The translations under genes and the position numbers were made by a program. From IMG/VR virus record IMGVR_UViG_3300032285_001531: 64,000 nucleotides of DNA, one strand, 5' to 3'. This document shows, one piece after another, positions 1 to 9,946 of this stretch. This stretch comes from a virus (lineage: Duplodnaviria; Caudoviricetes). Position 1 is the stretch's first letter, and the number at the start of each line of letters is the position of its first letter. The notes below the pieces were generated by a model. It was not told where the DNA came from. It was given only the letters and a program-made list of their open reading frames with translations, and made no database searches.

Positions 1-123
1 AGCACCAGTTACATTACCAGTTGCACTTACTAGTCCACCAGTATTAATATTAGCACCAGTTACATTACCAGTTGCACTTACTAGTCCACCAGTATTAATA
101 TTAGCACCAGTTACATTACCAGT
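1..123. repeat. Exact 51-bp tandem repeat (about 2.4 copies visible) encoding a 17-aa unit, GANINTGGLVSATGNVT
   Basis: Bases 1-51 and 52-102 are identical; a third copy begins at 103. Confidence 0.9.
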
Positions 124-3100
124 AACAGTTACTATTGCACCAACGTAAGCATTTACTCTAAGATTGCCAAATGTATTATAAGTTACTACATCGCCGGTTA
201 CTGATACATTACTTCCAAATGCGAATTCACCGTTACCAGTATCCCATCCCATAAATGCATCAATTGGTGCACCACTATAATAATGTAGCAATGAACCACG
301 ATCTTTTCCATCATCACTTGTTAATGGGTCACCATTAGGATTACCGCCTTGTTCTATTATTGGATCTTTGATATTAAGTGTAGTTACATTCGCATATATT
401 GTACTACCATTAACAGTTAAATTTCCAGATACTATTGCATTGCCTGTAACTGAAAGATTATTGCTTGCGTTAAGATTACCACCAATTACATTACCAACAA
501 CACTAACATATCCGCCTACATTTGAGTTGCCAGATACACTTAAATTTGTTAGAGTTCCAACACTTGTGATATTGCTTTGACCAGCAATTGTGACATTACC
601 TGCATATGCAGCATAGTTTGCATTTGCTACTGTACCAGTAATATTAGCTGCATTAATGTTGGATAAATTATTACCACTACCTATAAAGAAGTTAGCAGTG
701 ACAGCATTACCTAAGTTAGCATTATCAGCGTTAACATTAGCACCAGTTACGTTGCCTGATGCACTAACAATTGCAGTATATACGTTACCAACATTAGCAT
801 TGCCTGTTGCACTTATTATTCCACCAGTGTTAATATTTGCACCAGTTATATTACCAACTGCAGTTATTAATCCACCTGCGGTTATATTACCACTTGCGCT
901 TACAATTCCTGTGTTTACATTAGCACCAGTTACGTTACCTGATGCACTGACTATTCCTGTGTTAACATTAGCACCATTTATGTTGCCAGTTGCACTCACT
1001 AGACCGCCAGTATTGATATTAGCACCAGTTACATTACCGGTGGCACTGACTATTGCGGTGTTAACATTAGCACCAGTTATATTACTACTTGCGCTAATAA
1101 TAGCAGTATATACGTTACCAACATTAGCATTGCCTGTTGCGCTTACATCACCGCTAGTGTTAATGTTAGCACCAGTAACATTACTACTTGCACTAACTAT
1201 AGCAGTGTATACATTTCCTACATTGGCGTTGCCAGTTGTACTTAATATAGTAGTTGACAGAGTATTCGAACTCTTATTAAAAGTAAGATTAGCACTTGCA
1301 CCTAAGTTGCCATCATCATTAAACTGAATTTGAGTATTAGATCCTGCCACATTAGCATTACCAGTTCCTGCTAATCCCCAAGTTAAATTTCCTGATCCGT
1401 CAGTTATAATTGCATAATTTGCTGTACCACCAGGTATATGTATATTAGCAATGTTTGATAGATAAATGTTAGGACCACTAAAACTAAAATTACCAGTTAC
1501 ACTTACATTTGATGTATTAATATTACCAACGTTTGCATTGCCTGTTGCACTTATTATACCTGTATTAACATTAGCACCAACGATGTTACCACTAGCACTT
1601 ACAATTGCAGTATATACGTTACCAACATTAGCATTACCAGTAGCACTTATAATACCACTAGTGTTAATATTAGCACCAGTTATATTACCAGTTGCACTTA
1701 ATATAGTAGTAGTAAGTGTATTTGAAGATTTATCAAATGTAAGATTAGCACTTGCCCCTAACACATTATTGTCATTAAATTGAATCTGCGTGTTTGAACC
1801 AGCAACATTTGCATTACCAGTACCAGCTAATCCCCATGTTAAGTTGCCACTGCCATCAGTAATGATAGCATAGTTTGCTGAACCACCTGGTATATGCACA
1901 TTTGCAATATTGCTAAAATAAGCATTTGCTCCGGTAAAGTTTATATTGCCGTCGGAGCTTATATTTTTTGCTGCTAGAATATTTGTTGTTTTATCAAATG
2001 TAAGATTAGCACTAGTACCTAATGTATTACTGTTGTTATCATTAAAGAATATTTGTGTATTGCTGCCAGAAATATTAGCATTACCTGTTCCACCACCTGA
2101 TTGTGCTACCCAACTTAAATTGCCTGCGCCATCAGTACGTAGAACATAATCAGAACTACCGCCTGTTATGTGTAGATTGCCTACAGATCCCAAACTTACA
2201 TTTGGTCCAGTAAAACTTATATCACCTGCTGCTGATATACTCTGTGTAGTAAATGTATTAGTTGTTTTATTAAATGTAAGATTAATACTAGCACCTAACA
2301 CATTATCATCGTTGAACTGAATTTGTGTGTTACTACCAGCAACGTTTGCATTACCGCTTCCAGCTAATGCCCAACTTAGATTTCCTGATCCATCAGTTAC
2401 GATTGCATAGTTAGCTGTGCCACCTGGTATATGTATATTAGAAATATTACTGAAGTAAGCATTAGCACCAGTGAAATTTATATTACCAGTAGCATTAATA
2501 TTGCCTGCAGTATTAACATTGCCTGCAGTTAAAGTTTCGGATATATTTGCGTAACCCGTTACATTAGCACCTGTGCCAGTAACAAGTAATACATCTGTAT
2601 TACCTGCTATATCAACGTGTAAATTTCCACTACTATCTAAATGTACATTACTTGATCCATTTACAATATAGCTTCCTGCTGCTACTGAAATGTTGGTTAA
2701 GAACCCACCGTCACCTACAAAGAAGTTTGCATTTGCTACATTACCTAAATTCGCATTGCTACTATATAAATGTCCTACATTTGCATTTCCTGTCACACTT
2801 AATGCACTTAGTGTACCTAAACTAGTTATATTAGGTTGTGAATTAGTTGTTATTGTGCCAGTAAAGAAGTTTGCAGTTGCAACATTGCCTAAATCAGCAT
2901 TACCTGATGTTATATTACCACTAACACTTAAATTTGACAGTGTTCCGACTGCTGATATATTTGGTTGTGATGCAGTAATTAATGTACCTGATAAGAAACT
3001 TGCATTAGCTAAGTTACCTAACTCTGCATTACCTGATGTAAGATTACCAGTTAATGATAAACTGGTGCCAATTGCTGCATCAATATTAGGTGAATTTAAT

Positions 3101-6100
3101 TGTGGACTATTTGCAAGAACTACATAATCACCTGTGCCAGTAGTATTAGCTAAACTAATACTTTGTCCTTGTATTTTAATTGGACTTACACCTGAATATG
3201 TAATAGCAGCACTAAATTGAGTGTATGCTAGATTTGTTGTACCAAGAATGATAACGCCAACAGTAGTTAAAACATATGAGTCCCCTGCACCTGTGAAACC
3301 TTCTTCTACAAAGAAATAATCACCTTCACCAATACCAGCTGGATCGAAAGGAATATATCTATCCGCATCAGTTGCACGAGTTAATTCCCAATTAGTTGAG
3401 ATAGAACCAATATCTGTTACAGTATATACACCGTTCTCAAACGCATTTGTTTGAGATGCTACTAATACTCTATTAGTAGATGCCATTGTGATTGTATCAA
3501 TAACTAATGCAACCGTTGCCCCTGCATTAGTTAATTTTGCACCTACACCTGGATTAGAAGTTATGTTAATTATTAGACCTGAACCATTAGTAAATGTGTT
3601 TAGTTCACCTCCACCATAAGTAGCAGATAAGGTAAATGTATTCAACGCTGGAGTAGAATACACAAAGTATGCTGTACCAGCAGTCAACCCATTAGTTGTA
3701 CTACTAGACACAATCATATCATTTACATTCAATCCATGATTAATTGAGGTTGTAAATAAATTGCCAGTAGCAATATCTGTAATTGTAAGTGCTGTGCCGC
3801 CTGGTGTGTAAGTTGCAGTCAATGCCCCCGGTGTCTTAACTCTGACTGGAGTATGGATATGTATACCAGTAGTAGTTTGTTGGTCTACATAAGCTTTGGT
3901 TGCTAATTGTGTAGGAGAACTAGTTGTTGCAGTAGAATATACCGGGCCAGTAAAGTTACCACCATTTGCATATAATATGTTAGAATAGAAACTACCATTA
4001 GCATCACGTAAGACTAATGTATTAGCTACTGCAGTTGTGTTCGCATTTATATAACCAGTAGTAACGTCTACCCATTGATAAGTTACCCCGTTGTAAACAT
4101 ATTGATATGTTACATCATTATCTGTATCGTACCATTCATCACCAATTTTAGGACTGCTTGGAGCACCACTCTGTGCTACATATGTTGGTACATTTTTATT
4201 ATCACGTAAAATATTACCAGTAACACTAATATTGCCTGTTAATGCAACAACATTAGTTGTATTGTTAAATGTAAATGCATTGCTTGCTGCAGTATTACCT
4301 GCATCATTGAATATGATTTCAGTAGTATTACCTGGTGCTGCTACGTTGCCAGTAATATTACCCGAAAAGTTTCCTATGAAATTTGAAGCAGTTACATTAC
4401 CTGCAATACTAATATTACCTGCACTGTTTATATTGCCTACGGTAGCAGTACCGCTTACGCTTAAGCTTGATAGTGTCCCTACACTTGTTATGTTTGGTTG
4501 AGCATTAGTTGTAACTGTCCCTGCTACCAATGCAGCATTAGCCGTATTAGCTTGCTCTGCATAGTCTGAGAATGCAGCATTTGCTACTGTACCTGTAATG
4601 TTTGATGCTTGTATATTACTTAAATTATTACCACTACCAATAAAGTAGTTGCCTAAAACAGTGTTACCTAAATTAGCATTACCTGAATAAATGTTTCCAC
4701 TTACACTTAAAATACCTAATGTGCCAACACTTGTTATGTTCGGTTGTGCTGCGGTTGTTACTGTTCCTGCAGTTGTAGCAGTAGTTGCTGTATCAGCAGA
4801 GTTAGCATGATCTGAATAAGTAGCATAGTTCGCATTTGCAACTTCACCTACAATATTTCCAGACGGAATATTTGTTAAGTTAGCACCACTACCAACAAAG
4901 TAATTTGCTAATACAGCATTACCTAAATTAGCATTACCTGAATTTATATTACCACTCACACTTAATTGTGATAGTATACCTACAGTTGTTATGTTTGGTT
5001 GACTTGATACTGTTATGTTACCTGCATATGACGCAAAGTTTGCGTTTTCTATAGTACCAACAATATTGCCTGCTGGAATATCTGTTAAATTAGCAGCACT
5101 ACCTATAAAATAATTTGCAGTAGCAGCATTACCTAAGTTAGCATTTCCTGATTTTACATCACCGGTTATACTTAAACTTGATAATATACCCACACTAGTA
5201 ATATTAGGCTGTGCTGCATTTGATACACTTAGTGCAACATTAGCGGTATCTGCATTAGTAGCATTGGCAATTGATGCATTAGTTATAGTACCTACAATAT
5301 TACTTGCATTAATATTTGCAAGATTACTACCGTCACCGATGAAGTAATTACCAAAAACTAAATTACCTAAGTTAGCGTTGCCTGAATTTACATTGCCAGT
5401 AACTGATACATTTGTTAGTAAACCTAATGTTGTTATGTTTGGCTGTGAACTAGCTGTAACATTGCCTGCAAATGCAGCAAAGTTTGCATTAGTACTAAAG
5501 TCTGCATTCGGAACATTACCTGTTACATTTGCACCGGTCAAATAAGTTAATTGTGAACCATTACCTATAAAATAATTTGCTCTTATATTACCATATTCAT
5601 TTACAGTAATAGTGTTACTAATATATGAAACATTGCTACCAAATATAAATTCACCGTTAGCATTATCCCAACCCATAAATGCATCAACTGGGATAGTAGT
5701 AAAGTAATGTAATAATGTACCACGATCATAACCATCATTTGCAATTAACGGATCACCGTTAGGATTACCTCCCATTGCAATAATAGGATCTTTTACTTCT
5801 AGTGTTTGTACGTCTGCATAGATTGCATTACCATAAACAATCAGATTACCTAATAGACTAGTATCACCTTTAACTAACAGTGATGAGTTTGATACCATAC
5901 TATTAGCTGTAATTAAGTTAGCTTCAGTATTACCAGCAACTACTAGCTGTGTTAGTGTACCAACTGTTGTAATGTTTGGTTGCGCACTTGATGTAACTGT
6001 GTTTGCTGCATTAGAACTTAATGTTACATTTGCGAATGAAGCATAGTTAGCATTTGCAACTTCACCAACAACTGCGGCTCCATCAATATATGTTAACTGT

Positions 6101-6699
6101 GATCCATTACCAATAAAATAATTTGCTGTAGCCGCATTACCTAAATTAGCATTTCCTGATTTTACGTCACCAGTAATACTTAAACTTATTAATGTACCAA
6201 CTGAAGTTATGTTTGGTTGTGCTGCATTTGCTACAGTGTTTGCTACATTAGCAGTTGTTGCTAATGTTGCATTACTTGAATATGTTGCGAAATTTGCATT
6301 AGGTACATCACCGACTACGTTAGGGCCTGCTAAATTTGAAAGTAAACTTCCATCTGCACTAATTAGAGTTGCGTATAATACTTGTACAGCAGGATCAAAA
6401 TATAAAGAAGCGTCAGCCGCTAGTAAATTGCCTTCATTGTATTGAATAGCACCATTTGAACCTGCAACATTACCTGAACCACCTGATATGGTAGTAAAAC
6501 TTAAATTACCAAATCCATCAGTTGTGATTGCTTGCCCAAGTGATCCGCCTGCTATCTTTACACTACCTATACTACCTAAGTCTGCACTTGTAGTTACGAA
6601 TAACGAATTGGCAACAATGTTACCATTTGCGTCAATAACGTCAATTGGGTTATAGCCTGTTGAGAAACCTTCTTCTGAGTTAAACTTTTTAATTGCCAT
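1..6699 (-). CDS. Giant Asn/Gly/Thr-rich repetitive fibre protein (>2,233 aa, 3' end outside window); virion fibre/adhesin
   Basis: ATG at 6699 (MAIKKFNSEEGFSTGYNPIDVIDANGN...). The frame reads open to base 1 (...GANINTGGLVSATGNVTGA) and is absent from the ORF track, consistent with no stop in the window. Repeated QPNITSVGTL, GNANLGN, YFIGxGxxL and TDGSGNLSW motifs, plus LATKAYVD and RVLVxxQT...ENGVY...WxLTRATDAD segments typical of phage fibres. Confidence 0.85.
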   Translation of the reverse strand, partial: MAIKKFNSEEGFSTGYNPIDVIDANGNIVANSLFVTTSADLGSIGSVKIAGGSLGQAITTDGFGNLSFTTISGGSGNVAGSNGAIQYNEGNLLAADASLYFDPAVQVLYATLISADGSLLSNLAGPNVVGDVPNANFATYSSNATLATTANVANTVANAAQPNITSVGTLISLSITGDVKSGNANLGNAATANYFIGNGSQLTYIDGAAVVGEVANANYASFANVTLSSNAANTVTSSAQPNITTVGTLTQLVVAGNTEANLITANSMVSNSSLLVKGDTSLLGNLIVYGNAIYADVQTLEVKDPIIAMGGNPNGDPLIANDGYDRGTLLHYFTTIPVDAFMGWDNANGEFIFGSNVSYISNTITVNEYGNIRANYFIGNGSQLTYLTGANVTGNVPNADFSTNANFAAFAGNVTASSQPNITTLGLLTNVSVTGNVNSGNANLGNLVFGNYFIGDGSNLANINASNIVGTITNASIANATNADTANVALSVSNAAQPNITSVGILSSLSITGDVKSGNANLGNAATANYFIGSAANLTDIPAGNIVGTIENANFASYAGNITVSSQPNITTVGILSQLSVSGNINSGNANLGNAVLANYFVGSGANLTNIPSGNIVGEVANANYATYSDHANSADTATTATTAGTVTTAAQPNITSVGTLGILSVSGNIYSGNANLGNTVLGNYFIGSGNNLSNIQASNITGTVANAAFSDYAEQANTANAALVAGTVTTNAQPNITSVGTLSSLSVSGTATVGNINSAGNISIAGNVTASNFIGNFSGNITGNVAAPGNTTEIIFNDAGNTAASNAFTFNNTTNVVALTGNISVTGNILRDNKNVPTYVAQSGAPSSPKIGDEWYDTDNDVTYQYVYNGVTYQWVDVTTGYINANTTAVANTLVLRDANGSFYSNILYANGGNFTGPVYSTATTSSPTQLATKAYVDQQTTTGIHIHTPVRVKTPGALTATYTPGGTALTITDIATGNLFTTSINHGLNVNDMIVSSSTTNGLTAGTAYFVYSTPALNTFTLSATYGGGELNTFTNGSGLIINITSNPGVGAKLTNAGATVALVIDTITMASTNRVLVASQTNAFENGVYTVTDIGSISTNWELTRATDADRYIPFDPAGIGEGDYFFVEEGFTGAGDSYVLTTVGVIILGTTNLAYTQFSAAITYSGVSPIKIQGQSISLANTTGTGDYVVLANSPQLNSPNIDAAIGTSLSLTGNLTSGNAELGNLANASFLSGTLITASQPNISAVGTLSNLSVSGNITSGNADLGNVATANFFTGTITTNSQPNITSLGTLSALSVTGNANVGHLYSSNANLGNVANANFFVGDGGFLTNISVAAGSYIVNGSSNVHLDSSGNLHVDIAGNTDVLLVTGTGANVTGYANISETLTAGNVNTAGNINATGNINFTGANAYFSNISNIHIPGGTANYAIVTDGSGNLSWALAGSGNANVAGSNTQIQFNDDNVLGASINLTFNKTTNTFTTQSISAAGDISFTGPNVSLGSVGNLHITGGSSDYVLRTDGAGNLSWVAQSGGGTGNANISGSNTQIFFNDNNSNTLGTSANLTFDKTTNILAAKNISSDGNINFTGANAYFSNIANVHIPGGSANYAIITDGSGNLTWGLAGTGNANVAGSNTQIQFNDNNVLGASANLTFDKSSNTLTTTILSATGNITGANINTSGIISATGNANVGNVYTAIVSASGNIVGANVNTGIISATGNANVGNINTSNVSVTGNFSFSGPNIYLSNIANIHIPGGTANYAIITDGSGNLTWGLAGTGNANVAGSNTQIQFNDDGNLGASANLTFNKSSNTLSTTILSTTGNANVGNVYTAIVSASSNVTGANINTSGDVSATGNANVGNVYTAIISASSNITGANVNTAIVSATGNVTGANINTGGLVSATGNINGANVNTGIVSASGNVTGANVNTGIVSASGNITAGGLITAVGNITGANINTGGIISATGNANVGNVYTAIVSASGNVTGANVNADNANLGNAVTANFFIGSGNNLSNINAANITGTVANANYAAYAGNVTIAGQSNITSVGTLTNLSVSGNSNVGGYVSVVGNVIGGNLNASNNLSVTGNAIVSGNLTVNGSTIYANVTTLNIKDPIIEQGGNPNGDPLTSDDGKDRGSLLHYYSGAPIDAFMGWDTGNGEFAFGSNVSVTGDVVTYNTFGNLRVNAYVGAIVTVTGNVTGANINTGGLVSATGNVTGANINTGGLVSATGNVTGA
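1260..2500 (-). repeat. Four copies of an ~80-aa module (HIPGGxANYAIxTDGSGNLxWxxAGxGNANVAGSNTQIQFND...GASANLTFxK) inside the giant fibre gene
   Basis: Manual translation shows copies at about 1260-1490, 1730-1950, 1990-2230 and 2260-2500, with strong DNA-level similarity. Boundaries are approximate. Confidence 0.8.
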
Positions 6700-6721
6700 T
6701 TAATCTTCCGTTATTTGGCCA

Positions 6722-9109
6722 TTATATTGTCTTATACTGTGTAGTCCACACAGTAGAATTACTGCTTGACGGTGTAACTACTAGTGCTATATTTCCGCTA
6801 ACAAAGTTAACTCTCAACACTCCTGTAGTACCTCCCATCACAACAGTACCGTAATTAACATAATCTACACTAGCACCATCATGTACTGCTGATAATGTGC
6901 TTATAGTATATTTTCCACCTGTTGATTCTTCACCTTTTACAAAGAACTCTGCTCCTCTGATATTTGATATCGGAACAGATACGATAACTTGATTTGCTGC
7001 TGTTCCTGTAGTTGTTAATGTTGCCCAATTGATGTTAGTATTACCAACACCAATGTTATTATTTGAGTATATGTTATTAGATGTAGTGTTTCCAGTAACA
7101 CTTACATTACCGTTAGCAACAACACTATTGCTAGTCACTACTATAACATTCGAAACACCATTTGAACTAAATGTAATATTTGAATTAGCTAATATGTTAA
7201 TATTACTATTACCATTTGCTAAACTTGTTGTACTTGGTGTGCTAAAATATAATTTTCCATTACCATATGTAGTAACAATTTGTCCTGCAAAGCCATCACT
7301 TGTCGGATAAGTTAGTCCACTACCTTTAAGTGTAGTGAAGTTGCCTGTTCCACCTGCAGTTATATTGCTTGTAACACTTAAGTTACCTAACGTGCCTAAT
7401 TCGGTAATGTTTGTTTGACTTGCCTGTAATACTGTTCCCTGCAAGTTACCAATGAATGCGTTACCTCTAATATTTGCTAATTCGGAACTAGTAACAATTT
7501 CACCTGAATAACTAGTTACGTTAGCAACAGCTAAGAACTCACTGTTTGCAGTTTTCCATCCAAAATATTGATTGATTGGTCCAGCGCCATTACTAAAGTA
7601 ATTCATCATTACGATACCACGGTCTTTGCCGTCGTATGCTGATGCATTACCACCGTTAGCGGTTCCGCCTAATGTGATTAATGGATCTTTGATTGATACA
7701 TTGTTAACATTAATATAATTTGTATTACCATTAACAGTTAAGTTACCTGATACAGTTGCATCACCCTGTAATAAAGCAGTTGCAGTTACAGTTAAGTTTG
7801 ATGTTGTTAAATTACTTGTTATGTTCGCATTAGCTGTAGTTAATACACCAGAAGGACCTGTGACAACTGCTGTATTAACTGTTATAGAATTACCTAAATA
7901 TAAATCTTTCCATAAGTTAGTGCTATTGCCTAAACTAAAGTTATTAGTTGTTCCTGGTATTAAATTACTTACAATAAAGCCAGTAACATTTGCATTAGCA
8001 GTTGTAGTTATACCTAAGGTAGTTAAGTTGGCCCCAGTTATATTACCACTTGCACTTACTATGCCTGTATTAAGATTTGCACTAGTGATATTACCACTAA
8101 CAGTAACTATACCACTAACACCTAAGTTGCCTGCATTAGCATTACCTGATATATTAGCATATCCTGCTATGTTTACGCCAGTGCCAGTTACTACTACAAT
8201 ATTTGCATTACCAGTTGAACTGATAGTTACATTAGCATTGTTAAGTACTTGAACATTGCTATTGCCATTAGAAATTTTAGAAGTGTTAAAGTCAGTAAAA
8301 CCTAATTGACCATGACCATCAGTAACAAGAACTTGATTTGCAGTACCATCAACTGTTGGATAGTAAATACCACCTGCAATAAGTTGATGTATTGTGCCTG
8401 CACCATCTGTTCTGATGTTGCCTGCAGTAAAGTTTGCATCAACTGTTGCATTAGCAGTTACAGATAGATTTGCAGTTGTTACTCTACCTACTACACTTAA
8501 ATTAGTTAAGCTACCAACACTAGTAATATTTGGTTGTGCATTTGATGCTGCAACAAGTGTTCCACCTAAGAAATTTGCAGTAGCTATGTTACCTAAGTTT
8601 GCGTTACTTGAAAAAAGATTACCACCAATGGTTAATACATTAGTTGCGTAATCAAATGTTAATGCATCACTTGCACCTGCATTACCATCATTGTTAAACA
8701 GAACTGCAGTGTTAATACCAGGTACAACAATATTACCTGTAATATTACCAATGATATTACCTAAAAAGAACGGAGCAGTAATATTACCACCGGCTGATAT
8801 TGTGCCAGTTGTCTTTGTATTACCTGTTATACTTAATAAGCTAGTAGTAGGATTAAATGTGAAGTTAGCACTTGCACCAAATTGTTCATCTTGGTTGTAC
8901 TGTATGTAATAGTTACTACCTGCTGGTTGTTGGAAATCTAATGGTGCACCATTAGCGTATCTATAATTGTCCGATAGAACGTTATTAGCAATAATATTAC
9001 CGGTAAGATTAGCATTACCTGTAGTAATATCACCGTTGGCCAGAATTACATTAGAAGGGTTTTCTCCTACTGAAAAGCCACCAATCGAGTTAAGAGCTTT
9101 TAAGGCCAT
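6722..9109 (-). CDS. Asn/Gly-rich fibre/decoration protein (795 aa), paralogue of the flanking genes
   Basis: Shares the N-terminal NSxGGFSVG motif, QPNITS repeats and the KDPxIxxGG...DGKDRG module with 1-6699. Its C-terminal ~100-aa beta domain is shared with 9116-9796. Confidence 0.8.
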   Translation of the reverse strand: MALKALNSIGGFSVGENPSNVILANGDITTGNANLTGNIIANNVLSDNYRYANGAPLDFQQPAGSNYYIQYNQDEQFGASANFTFNPTTSLLSITGNTKTTGTISAGGNITAPFFLGNIIGNITGNIVVPGINTAVLFNNDGNAGASDALTFDYATNVLTIGGNLFSSNANLGNIATANFLGGTLVAASNAQPNITSVGSLTNLSVVGRVTTANLSVTANATVDANFTAGNIRTDGAGTIHQLIAGGIYYPTVDGTANQVLVTDGHGQLGFTDFNTSKISNGNSNVQVLNNANVTISSTGNANIVVVTGTGVNIAGYANISGNANAGNLGVSGIVTVSGNITSANLNTGIVSASGNITGANLTTLGITTTANANVTGFIVSNLIPGTTNNFSLGNSTNLWKDLYLGNSITVNTAVVTGPSGVLTTANANITSNLTTSNLTVTATALLQGDATVSGNLTVNGNTNYINVNNVSIKDPLITLGGTANGGNASAYDGKDRGIVMMNYFSNGAGPINQYFGWKTANSEFLAVANVTSYSGEIVTSSELANIRGNAFIGNLQGTVLQASQTNITELGTLGNLSVTSNITAGGTGNFTTLKGSGLTYPTSDGFAGQIVTTYGNGKLYFSTPSTTSLANGNSNINILANSNITFSSNGVSNVIVVTSNSVVANGNVSVTGNTTSNNIYSNNNIGVGNTNINWATLTTTGTAANQVIVSVPISNIRGAEFFVKGEESTGGKYTISTLSAVHDGASVDYVNYGTVVMGGTTGVLRVNFVSGNIALVVTPSSSNSTVWTTQYKTI

Positions 9110-9115
9110 TTAAAA

Positions 9116-9796
9116 TTATCCCTCTTTATATGATGTTATCATTATTCTATATTGAGTGGTGTATGCATTTAATGGAGTTACAGTTAACTCAACATTACCG
9201 TTACTATACCCTACTCTGAAATCGCCTACCCCGCCATTCATGTCAATAGTACCATATTCATAGTATCCAACTTCATTCCCCAATACACTAGCGATTAATT
9301 TAGTTGTTTGTCTTGTATTGGATGTAGAATCAGTTGCAATTACTGTGTAGTCTATAGAAGAAATTAAATTTGCTTGTGTGCGATGTAAGATTTGATTTTC
9401 TGCTGCGGATGCAGTCATTGCAAACAGTACACTTGATGTACTAAACATAGTATTACCTGAACCCATTGTGAGTGAGTTTGTAACTGTACTACCTCCAACA
9501 GTCAATACATTATTATCTTTATCAAATAACAGATTTGGGCTACCACCTGCTATACCGCTGTTATTAAAAATAACTGATGTATTAATACCAGGAACAACAA
9601 TGTTTGCAGTTACGTTACCAACTAAGTTACCATAGAAAAAGTTTGCAGTTACGTTACCTGTAGTAGAAATAGTACCTGTGGTTAAGTTTGTAATATTACC
9701 AACATTAGCTGTTATATTACCATTGTTATCAATAACTGGTGTAGGGGGAATCCCTACTGTATAACCACCTACTGAATTGAAAGGATCGAATGCCAT
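9116..9796 (-). CDS. Short member of the same fibre/decoration family (226 aa)
   Basis: N-terminus MAFDPFNSVGGYTVG and C-terminal domain (SIDYTV...YYEYGTI...NGNVELTVTP) align with 6722-9109. First gene after the capsid terminator and has its own late promoter. Confidence 0.8.
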   Translation of the reverse strand: MAFDPFNSVGGYTVGIPPTPVIDNNGNITANVGNITNLTTGTISTTGNVTANFFYGNLVGNVTANIVVPGINTSVIFNNSGIAGGSPNLLFDKDNNVLTVGGSTVTNSLTMGSGNTMFSTSSVLFAMTASAAENQILHRTQANLISSIDYTVIATDSTSNTRQTTKLIASVLGNEVGYYEYGTIDMNGGVGDFRVGYSNGNVELTVTPLNAYTTQYRIMITSYKEG

Positions 9797-9823
9797 AATT
9801 GTCCCAATTTATTATCTATTATG

Positions 9824-9831
9824 TATTTATC
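9824..9831 (-). promoter_or_regulatory. Late (gp55-type) promoter GATAAATA
   Basis: Matches the motif recurring upstream of structural genes in this window and resembles the T4 late promoter TATAAATA; 27 nt upstream of ATG 9796. Confidence 0.75.
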
Positions 9832-9876
9832 ATCTTTGGATGATAAGGTCCTGCGCTAAAAGCCAATGAGGCCAAC

Positions 9877-9900
9877 AAAAAAGCGCACCGAAGTGCGCTT
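9877..9900 (-). terminator. Rho-independent terminator after the major capsid gene
   Basis: Minus strand AAGCGCAC-TTCG-GTGCGCTT-TTTT: 8-bp stem, cUUCGg tetraloop and U-tract. Confidence 0.9.
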
Positions 9901-9946
9901 CCCTGTAACTTCCCATCCCGATTGAGAATAAAAGTTTGTTTCCAGA

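Noticed and set aside
1-123. 51-bp direct repeats as a possible CRISPR array
   Set aside because: The repeats are contiguous with no spacers, are a multiple of 3 in length and lie in frame within a CDS; no cas genes are present.
368-8909. Plus-strand ORFs rich in Leu/Pro/Val/Ala (e.g. 656-1327, 2690-3127, 7821-8252)
   Set aside because: Antisense shadows of the repetitive fibre genes; no RBS or promoter, and their composition is what the opposite-strand codons dictate.
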